From the IMG/VR virus record IMGVR_UViG_3300019742_000001: a stretch of 64,000 bases of DNA. The stretch is one strand, 5' to 3'. Within the stretch, counting starts at the first letter, position 1; each line of letters starts with the position of its first letter. The notes under the pieces were generated by a model. It ran no database searches. It saw only the letters and a program-made list of their open reading frames with translations, and was not told the DNA's origin. The position numbers and the translations under genes are program-made. This document shows, piece after piece, positions 56,819 to 64,000 of the stretch. This DNA comes from a virus (lineage: Duplodnaviria > Caudoviricetes).

Positions 56819-57031
56819 TTATTCGATGTTTTTGATTTTTCTGACCAGTTGTTCCAATGACTCAGATATCTCTAAATCCTCACCTGTATCCAATGATAAT
56901 TTTATACTATCATCATACTGTGTGAATTTAACAATCCGTGAAGGATCTAAATGGAATTTCTTGTTAGTGTCACCACTTTTTGTTCCATATCTTTTCTCTG
57001 GTCTATAATATGTTAATTCTATAAATCTCAT
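56819..57031 (-). CDS. hypothetical protein
   Basis: ISESLEQL pattern. Confidence 0.6.
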   Translation of the reverse strand: MRFIELTYYRPEKRYGTKSGDTNKKFHLDPSRIVKFTQYDDSIKLSLDTGEDLEISESLEQLVRKIKNIE

Positions 57032-57140
57032 TTCATTTCCTTTTATTTCAACAAAGCCATAGTAACCACAGGGTGAACCATGAATACATACATAACAATA
57101 ACAATATTGACCATTGCCAATCCAATTTTATTCTTATCCA

Positions 57141-57686
57141 TTATAACTCCTTGAATATTCTCAACACTTCTTTCATTTTTTCTTTACCTTTGGGGTTATT
57201 TTTCATTATTGACGGTGGTAAAGATAAGACCGTCTGAACAACTCTGTTATTAAGTCGTGGTTTGATAACCATTCCGTGATGATCAGTTATCCCTTTAAAC
57301 TCACCTATACATTCTTCCATAGGTATGTTACCAAACACAATCATTTTCTTTGGTTTTATGATTTTAATATACTCATCAAACCATTTTCTACATTCTGATC
57401 GATGGATAATGGATGGTCTGTTATATTTCTTGGTTCGTTTGTTCATATCAGGAAAACATTGTACAGTTGATATTTGTAGGAAATATTCCTCTTCTAATGA
57501 GAATTCTTTTGCCAACTTCCAAAAGTCTTTCATGAATTTAGGTTTTTCTTTGAAAGGATGTTCAGTATACAACACATATCGTACTTTTGGTGACCAAATA
57601 GGTAATTGATGGATGTTACGGCATAAGTAACATCCATCACAACTCTTTATTTTAACATCTAACTCATGTAATTCAGCAATTTCCAT
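57141..57686 (-). CDS. family-4 uracil-DNA glycosylase-like protein (divergent)
   Basis: CDGCYLC, TVQCFP, ECRKWF...KPKKMIVFGN; start reassigned to the TGATG overlap. Confidence 0.65.
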   Translation of the reverse strand: MEIAELHELDVKIKSCDGCYLCRNIHQLPIWSPKVRYVLYTEHPFKEKPKFMKDFWKLAKEFSLEEEYFLQISTVQCFPDMNKRTKKYNRPSIIHRSECRKWFDEYIKIIKPKKMIVFGNIPMEECIGEFKGITDHHGMVIKPRLNNRVVQTVLSLPPSIMKNNPKGKEKMKEVLRIFKEL

Positions 57687-58270
57687 CAATCCCACCAACG
57701 AAATAGATATTTATTGATCATCTTTGTCACATACTCAAGATCTTGTTTCTTGAGATAATCAGGTCTTCTCATCAACAAACGATATTCCTTCGTCTCTTGT
57801 TCTTTTTGTTCTGGTGTAGTGGCATTATCACGTGTTATCTCCAACTCACTATAACCAGATCTGTCATCACATGGGATAAAGTTAAAGTGACTGTTCCCCC
57901 ATTTTTTATCATGGAACATGTATACATTCTCATGATACTCATCGGCAATAATTCGTTTGATCGCCAATCTGGTCTTGTGGATATTATCAACATCTTTGTT
58001 TGAATCCAAATGATGTCCGTGATCTCGTATCAGTGCCTCCATACGAGATAGTTTGAGTTCCATGAAACCAAGGACATCCATGTAATCATAATCACGTGTA
58101 TTCCAAACAATATTGAAATAGAATTTTAGATTACTAATCCCATATTTCAAGTCATACCACGGATGTAGCCATTTGACATCACTGAATTTATTCAAAAACG
58201 ACCAATTGGAAAAGACTTTCTTAGTCCACGATAAGATGCGGAACTTCGGTGTTTTCATTTTTATTTTCAT
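57686..58270 (-). CDS. hypothetical protein
   Basis: 194 aa; DYDY...WWD end. Confidence 0.7.
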   Translation of the reverse strand: MKIKMKTPKFRILSWTKKVFSNWSFLNKFSDVKWLHPWYDLKYGISNLKFYFNIVWNTRDYDYMDVLGFMELKLSRMEALIRDHGHHLDSNKDVDNIHKTRLAIKRIIADEYHENVYMFHDKKWGNSHFNFIPCDDRSGYSELEITRDNATTPEQKEQETKEYRLLMRRPDYLKKQDLEYVTKMINKYLFRWWD

Positions 58271-58406
58271 CAGTTTTTTCCCTTTCTAACCAGACTTGAT
58301 ACTCAGTTACGGCAATCACACACCAACTATCTTCAGCAAGACTATTCAAAAGTTCCTCTGTTTTTCTTGTGTTACGCAAACTCTCTATAATTTTATACTC
58401 TTTCAT
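58221..58406 (-). CDS. hypothetical protein
   Basis: Short ORF. Confidence 0.55.
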   Translation of the reverse strand: MKEYKIIESLRNTRKTEELLNSLAEDSWCVIAVTEYQVWLEREKTDENKNENTEVPHLIVD

Positions 58407-58426
58407 AAATCCTCTTTGTTTAATAT

Positions 58427-59014
58427 TTATTTTTGTGTTGACAAAAAGTCAAGGAATTCATTAATCCACGAAACTTGGTCATCTGTAAACTTCCACCTTT
58501 TATTGATGTTTTGTTCTGCCCATTTATGTGCAGAATTTGAATTAGATCTCTCTTGTGACATCGAAACCCAATCACAACACATTTCAGCAATACAAACTCT
58601 ATCCATCTTGGTACCGTCAACCATTTTTTCAGGTATTCCATCACGGTCTTCTGAACTTAATGAATTCTCATCAAAACCGTCATCCCAATATTCAGGGTGA
58701 TGTTTGTTGTTTGTAACATGATGAACTGTCGCCTCATGCATTTTCTCAATCATACCACTAGGTGGTTCATAAGTCACCCCTTCTGCGGATAATTTATATT
58801 TATGTGTGATATGTAGATATGGGGTATATTCTGGTTCACTAAATTTAGACTCATCGTGATTAATTACCTGTGACATTAATTCATTGCCTATATCTTTGAA
58901 TTTCTTCTGTAAAAATAGACAGTTCTTAATCACACGGTTTATATGTTCTTTTGTTCGTTTTTCAAAATGTTGTTTCATGTCATCATCTATCATATCATAC
59001 CTATTTAATTTCAA
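58427..59014 (-). CDS. HD-like phosphohydrolase (DUF5662-like)
   Basis: EHINRV, HDESK, HHVTNNKHHPEYW, EMCCDW. Confidence 0.7.
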   Translation of the reverse strand: MKLNRYDMIDDDMKQHFEKRTKEHINRVIKNCLFLQKKFKDIGNELMSQVINHDESKFSEPEYTPYLHITHKYKLSAEGVTYEPPSGMIEKMHEATVHHVTNNKHHPEYWDDGFDENSLSSEDRDGIPEKMVDGTKMDRVCIAEMCCDWVSMSQERSNSNSAHKWAEQNINKRWKFTDDQVSWINEFLDFLSTQK

Positions 59015-59345
59015 ATTTTAGTTCTAAAGATTTTTTTAACATATCTTCAAATACTGGTGGTCGGGTCATCCCTCTAATGGTGTATACAGGAATTCCATAA
59101 ACAAAGAACATTATTGAAGGATAATGTGTTATAGTAAAAGACTCTTTGAATTCAGACTGTTGATCATTATCTACACTATAGTAATGTATTTTTGTGTCAT
59201 TGTAAATACTATAATTCTCAGCCCACTTATGGAAATGTGGTTTAAATGCCTTACAAGGACCACACCAATCAGCATAAACTTTGACCACTGATAATCTATT
59301 ACCTGCCAATACTTCTTTCCAGTTCTCTTTTAATTCAGTTACCAT
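59001..59345 (-). CDS. thioredoxin
   Basis: WCGPC; YP. Confidence 0.9.
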   Translation of the reverse strand: MVTELKENWKEVLAGNRLSVVKVYADWCGPCKAFKPHFHKWAENYSIYNDTKIHYYSVDNDQQSEFKESFTITHYPSIMFFVYGIPVYTIRGMTRPPVFEDMLKKSLELKFEIK

Positions 59346-59674
59346 TATGTCTCCTCGTTAAATTCTTCAACACTTTTCTTACTGTACCGTGGAAGGTTAG
59401 CCCAGTACACAATATTTTTAACATGACCTTCGGGAAAAGGTGTTAAATCATCAACCCCCCAATACTCTCTCCCATATTTATCTACCATGTAAGATAGTTG
59501 TACAACCTCTGGATCATCACAATCATCGTCGGAATTGACCAAAACAATCACATTATCTCCAATACAACAACTTAAATCTTCTCTAGGAAACTTCTTAAAG
59601 AAATCATCAAATGGCTTTTTGTCATCAATGTGATACCACTTTAATTCCAATTTACCGTTAAATATAGTTTTCAT
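59345..59674 (-). CDS. hypothetical protein
   Basis: Start reassigned to MKTIF (AAGGA RBS). Confidence 0.6.
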   Translation of the reverse strand: MKTIFNGKLELKWYHIDDKKPFDDFFKKFPREDLSCCIGDNVIVLVNSDDDCDDPEVVQLSYMVDKYGREYWGVDDLTPFPEGHVKNIVYWANLPRYSKKSVEEFNEET

Positions 59675-59870
59675 AATCCTTATTCCTTCTTGGTGTTGGT
59701 GGCGGTGGCGGTGATGGTCTTGGTGACCGTTCAGCATCTTTACATACATAAAAACCATCAAACTCAACACATCGAATTTTTGTCTCCCAAAGGAAACCGA
59801 TAAATTTTCTGGTATGTATATTACAGTAACCGAAATCATTAAAATGTTTACAGTTCACTTTTTTCATCAT
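59658..59870 (-). CDS. Cys- and Pro-rich small protein
   Basis: CKHF...CNIH...PSPPPPPTP. Confidence 0.55.
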   Translation of the reverse strand: MMKKVNCKHFNDFGYCNIHTRKFIGFLWETKIRCVEFDGFYVCKDAERSPRPSPPPPPTPRRNKDYENYI

Positions 59871-61261
59871 CGTCTTTGTCCTGTTGGTTGGTCATCCCTG
59901 TGTTCGGCAATTTGTCTATCGTCTCCTGATGATTCAATATCACCCATCCATACATCCATTTCACTTGAACAATACATCTTCATTGATCTCGCATCATAAA
60001 AGAACTTGTCCATCTCTCCAACACGTCCACCCAATCTATTCTTTACGATCTTATAGTGAACCTCGTTGTTGTATACCATTCCTTCATCGTTTGCACCCAT
60101 AATCATCATAAAGTCGGCGGTAGCAGGTACACCCATTGATTCAGCAATACTATTGAAATCGACATCCTCAAATGACATAAATGTACCAGATCTATTCAAC
60201 TGACTAACTGATATCATTGGAATATCAAATTCAAATCCCATTGCACGTGTCTCTTCTGCAATACTCTTTACAACACTGTATGAGTTATCACCTTTCTCAA
60301 CCTCTTCTGATGACATCAAATTCAAGTAATCAAAATAGAACGCATCAATTTCAACACCACGGAGTTTCAACTCTCGTACCCAGATACGAAAGTCTGCAAC
60401 TGAGGCTTTACCTGTAGGGAACGATTTGATATACAACTGACCTCTTCCCTCTGTTCCTTTGATATCTCTCAAACGAGTCATCAATTCCCGTTTCAATCTC
60501 TCATTAAAATAGAACTTGTTGATATCCAGTTTTGAATAGATACCATCAAATCGTTGAGCAAACATTTCTTCACTCATTTCTAATGATGCCAATGCGATAT
60601 TATGACCCGCCATTACTTGACGAGCAATCATATTAGCCATAACGTTTGATTTAAAACCGTGAATCTTTGCGACAAACACACTCAATGTTTTTGGAGGCAA
60701 TCCACCATTGATAAACTCATCAAACACTGGAAAATATGTTTTGAGTCTCATTGTATCATCGGTGAACATCTTTTGCAGACGAGGACCAAGATCACCAAAG
60801 TAATTCAATCCAAGGTCAACGTCCATTGTACGACACAAGGCTTCTTCAACCAATCGTCTAATTTCTTGTGTGTTTTCTGATCCATCAATGATATCAACTG
60901 ACCTACGGATAGCATCTTTAATTGCCTTATCACGAAGATATAGGTCGGTTTGTGACATCAACCAATCTCTATGTGACGAAATATCAATGTCTAAGTGGTC
61001 AATTTCACTGAAGTATTGTCGTACGGGTTCCTTGTTTGATTCAGGAATGCTGTTGATGATTTGATCTTTTGTTGGTAACTCTTTATGGGCATCAAAATAG
61101 TTTTTGACATAGGAATAAATTTCCTTTGCCTCGGCAGAATCAAAGTAGTCATCTTCAAAGACTCTTGTAACATTTACAACGAAGTCCTTGTCACACAGGA
61201 ATGCTTTGGTCATTACCTGTTCAAGATATTGGATATTTGGGCTTAAAATTTCATCAGACAC
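59867..61261 (-). CDS. replicative DNA helicase (gp41/DnaB family)
   Basis: SLEMSE, DYLNLM, SVSQLNR, TADFM, KNRLGG; deviant Walker A AKIHGFKS; start codon is non-ATG. Confidence 0.9.
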   Translation of the reverse strand: MSDEILSPNIQYLEQVMTKAFLCDKDFVVNVTRVFEDDYFDSAEAKEIYSYVKNYFDAHKELPTKDQIINSIPESNKEPVRQYFSEIDHLDIDISSHRDWLMSQTDLYLRDKAIKDAIRRSVDIIDGSENTQEIRRLVEEALCRTMDVDLGLNYFGDLGPRLQKMFTDDTMRLKTYFPVFDEFINGGLPPKTLSVFVAKIHGFKSNVMANMIARQVMAGHNIALASLEMSEEMFAQRFDGIYSKLDINKFYFNERLKRELMTRLRDIKGTEGRGQLYIKSFPTGKASVADFRIWVRELKLRGVEIDAFYFDYLNLMSSEEVEKGDNSYSVVKSIAEETRAMGFEFDIPMISVSQLNRSGTFMSFEDVDFNSIAESMGVPATADFMMIMGANDEGMVYNNEVHYKIVKNRLGGRVGEMDKFFYDARSMKMYCSSEMDVWMGDIESSGDDRQIAEHRDDQPTGQRR

Positions 61262-61513
61262 TAATTTATTACTCCTACTTTCTACAGATTTAATGGTTAA
61301 TAATACCAGAGTTGAGACTATCCGTCAACTGGTGTGTACTGGTTACATACAACAATAACAACATTACGAAATTGTTTACACCTTTTCATACATTTGAGAC
61401 ATTTTGGGTTTATATTGGGTTTTTTCACATTACCTTCCTTTTTCAACACTTTATACTGATAAATACTATATGTAAACGTTTACCGATATTATTATATATG
61501 GTATATTACTCCA

Positions 61514-61771
61514 ATGAATCCAAAAATATTATACATGTCGTTTGCTGAATCTGTTAGATCAGATAATCACTCTGTTTCTATGCGTCTACGTCCACTCGTT
61601 AAGGATTTGTTAGATATTCATATACGAATACCTGATAAATCACTACTTGATTTGTTTAGACGTAAATTATTTATGGAAAAACTTGAGTTTTCGTCTAACA
61701 CGACCAAATCAGTTGAAACAGAGTTGATAGATATTTTTGGATCTGACTACGAAGATCTATTTAGGATGTGA
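61514..61771 (+). CDS. hypothetical protein
   Basis: First ORF of the divergent unit. Confidence 0.6.
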   Translation: MNPKILYMSFAESVRSDNHSVSMRLRPLVKDLLDIHIRIPDKSLLDLFRRKLFMEKLEFSSNTTKSVETELIDIFGSDYEDLFRM

Positions 61772-61772
61772 T

Positions 61773-62261
61773 ATGAGTGAAAAAAATTACGAAGAATTAT
61801 TAAATGTTTACAATGAAGATACACGTACAGTTATACAAAAAATTAGGGATGAACTCAATGAAGATACCCTATTTGGTAAACTTGAGGAAGAATATAATGT
61901 TTATGATATTTTGATGTTCAATGAGTTCAATCTCAAAGACCGTCTTGAAAGAAACTCATTCCATTATAAAGACTTTCGTTTGAAATATCTACAAGAATTG
62001 GCAAAGGTTGAACTGGTACGTGATAGATTAGATAAAGTGGTTGGTGAAAAGTATAAGAGTCTCAAGGAAGGTGCTGTTACTTTATCAAAGACTGAGATTG
62101 AAAAGTATTATTTACCAACAGATGAAGAAGTTCTGAAATTAAAGTCATTGTTACGCAAACAAGAGATACGAGCTCAGTATTTTGAGGCGGTTACACAGGC
62201 TTTTGACAAACAATCTTGGAATATCAAGAATTTCATAGATCAAAATAAGGGTGGTTTTTAG
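61773..62261 (+). CDS. UvsY-like recombination mediator
   Basis: LSKTEIEKYYLPTDEE...WNIKNFID; directly upstream of UvsW. Confidence 0.7.
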   Translation: MSEKNYEELLNVYNEDTRTVIQKIRDELNEDTLFGKLEEEYNVYDILMFNEFNLKDRLERNSFHYKDFRLKYLQELAKVELVRDRLDKVVGEKYKSLKEGAVTLSKTEIEKYYLPTDEEVLKLKSLLRKQEIRAQYFEAVTQAFDKQSWNIKNFIDQNKGGF

Positions 62262-63721
62262 TGGTTGAGTTTATATTAAAAGATCCATTACATGTACAAA
62301 TTGAGACTGAAAATTGGGATTACCTACGTAGTGTAAAAGATCATCTTAGTTATTATGTAGATGGATATAAATTTATGCCACTTTACCGTTGTGGTCAATG
62401 GGACGGAAAAACATCACTGTTTAATTCTGTAGACAGAACTATTCCTTATGGTTTAATGTTAGAATTATTAAAGTTTCATAAGAAAGAATGGTATGACCTA
62501 CCATACACGTTATCAGATGATGTTAAAAGACTATTTGTTGGTATCAAACCAGAGTATGAAAAGAACTTGACATTTGAACCATATGAATACCAAGATGATT
62601 GTATTTCTACTTGTTTGAAAACATCTAAGGGTATCATACGTTCTGCTACTGCCAGTGGTAAAAGTTTAATGATTTCATACCTTACCAAAGGTTTGTGGGA
62701 AAATAACGCCATTGAGAACGCCATAATCATTGTACCATCTATTGGTCTGGTGACACAGTTCTATGGTGATATGGAAGAGTATGGACTTGATATGTCTCTC
62801 ATTGGTCGTGTCGGTGACGATTGGAGAGAATGGGACAAAGAAATTGTCATTAGTACATGGCAATCTCTCAACAATGTACCTGAGAAAATGGAACGAATGG
62901 ATTTGGTTATTGTCGATGAAACTCACGGATGTAAAGCCAAAGTATTGTGTGAATTACTGAAACAATCACCTAAAGCCAAGTATCGTTATGGTTTCACTGG
63001 TACAATGCCATCATCTGTCCTTGAACAAATGCAGGTACAATCATATCTCGGACCTGTGTTAAGAGAATATGGTTCGGTTGAATTGGCGAAGTTGGGTTAT
63101 GTGGCTGAATGTAAGATTAACATGGTGTACGTGAATTACAAAACCAAACCACCATCCAAATCAACATACAACGAAGTTAAGGATATTGTCTTTAATAACC
63201 CATTCCGTCTGGGCATCATCAAGAATATTATATTGAAGACAGATGGTAACATTCTTTTGTTGGTTGGTAAGGTAGAAGACGAGGGAGAAGTATTAAAACA
63301 ACTACTCCAAGATGATCCTCTATTTGACAAATTTGATGTGGAATTTTTGTCTGGTCGTGACTCAGGTGATGAACGGGAAAAATGGCGTAAGTATATGGAC
63401 ACCTCTAATAACACAATACTTATAGCTACTTATGGTATTTTCCAACAAGGGATCAATATCAAATCATTGTCTAACTTGATCCTTGTATCACCATTTAAGA
63501 GTAAAATTAGAGTATTACAGTCTATCGGTAGAACTTTGAGGTTACATGCGGATAAGAAAAATGGTGCGGTTATTTGGGATGTTTGTGATAATGTTAAACA
63601 CTTAGATAAACACGCTGCGGCTAGATTGAAACATTATAGTATTGAAGGATTTGATGTCATTGATAAGATAATGACAGAAGGTGACATCTTTAACAACGAA
63701 ACCCTATTCACAATCGAATAG
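62261..63721 (+). CDS. uvsW: UvsW-like SF2 helicase
   Basis: YQDD (Q motif), SATASGKS, DETH, FTGT, QGINIK, QSIGRTLR. Confidence 0.9.
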   Translation: MVEFILKDPLHVQIETENWDYLRSVKDHLSYYVDGYKFMPLYRCGQWDGKTSLFNSVDRTIPYGLMLELLKFHKKEWYDLPYTLSDDVKRLFVGIKPEYEKNLTFEPYEYQDDCISTCLKTSKGIIRSATASGKSLMISYLTKGLWENNAIENAIIIVPSIGLVTQFYGDMEEYGLDMSLIGRVGDDWREWDKEIVISTWQSLNNVPEKMERMDLVIVDETHGCKAKVLCELLKQSPKAKYRYGFTGTMPSSVLEQMQVQSYLGPVLREYGSVELAKLGYVAECKINMVYVNYKTKPPSKSTYNEVKDIVFNNPFRLGIIKNIILKTDGNILLLVGKVEDEGEVLKQLLQDDPLFDKFDVEFLSGRDSGDEREKWRKYMDTSNNTILIATYGIFQQGINIKSLSNLILVSPFKSKIRVLQSIGRTLRLHADKKNGAVIWDVCDNVKHLDKHAAARLKHYSIEGFDVIDKIMTEGDIFNNETLFTIE

Positions 63722-63740
63722 GGTTTCACTTTTAAGTGTT

Positions 63741-63986
63741 TTAGAAGTGTGACATAATATCTGGGAAAAGGTCTTCATATCCCATTGCATCACTATAATC
63801 CAGAACAACATATTCGTCAGTTTTGGTATCCTTGCGTTTTTTAGATAGTTTCTTCATATCAGAAGTACTACCAGAATCCAAAACCTTATAATCAGTGACT
63901 CTACCTTTACTATCTTTCATCACCTTCATCAACACAGCATCTTTGGATTCAGACAAATACCGTTCAATTACATTATCAATTGACAT
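63741..63986 (-). CDS. hypothetical protein with leader-like N-terminus
   Basis: MSIDNVIERYLSES; AAGGAG RBS. Confidence 0.65.
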   Translation of the reverse strand: MSIDNVIERYLSESKDAVLMKVMKDSKGRVTDYKVLDSGSTSDMKKLSKKRKDTKTDEYVVLDYSDAMGYEDLFPDIMSHF

Positions 63987-64000
63987 ATTTAATCTCCTTT

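Noticed and set aside
285-63414. Many short ORFs in the track antisense to or overlapping real genes (e.g. 285-524, 4962-5369, 18447-18869, 24558-25001, 42948-43403, 58296-58700)
   Set aside because: Shadow frames of well-supported genes, with no RBS and no recognisable motifs
1-64000. tRNA/rRNA genes and stop-codon reassignment
   Set aside because: No cloverleaf or T-loop motifs were spotted by eye (tRNAscan not run); long conserved genes are intact in the standard code and all three stops terminate genes

Overview
AT-rich window from a large T4-like (gp43/gp41/UvsW/UvsY-type) dsDNA phage. It encodes replication genes (family B polymerase, DnaB/gp41 helicase, UvsY, UvsW), an RNA-repair set (Rnl2, RtcB, cyclic-phosphate receiver domain), DNA-modification genes (Dam-like, N4C/N6A MTase, Mom-like), a deamidating NAD salvage block (PncA, NadE, Nudix, PncB), a divergent PurA/vWA trio and three free-standing homing endonucleases. 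Two peptide 'address tag' families stand out. (1) 23 small ORFs, mostly in sigma70-type promoter contexts and from several unrelated families, end in the same C-terminal octapeptide [LFW]-[PDE]-[NDE]-[DNE]-L-F-x-[VIL]-stop. (2) About 13-15 proteins, mostly behind TATAAATA late promoters, start with a T4 capsid-targeting-like leader (M-[RK]-L-x-x-[YF]-[IL]-x-E); seven of them look like R-S-E ADP-ribosyltransferase paralogs. All functional calls come from motif recognition by eye; no database searches were run.
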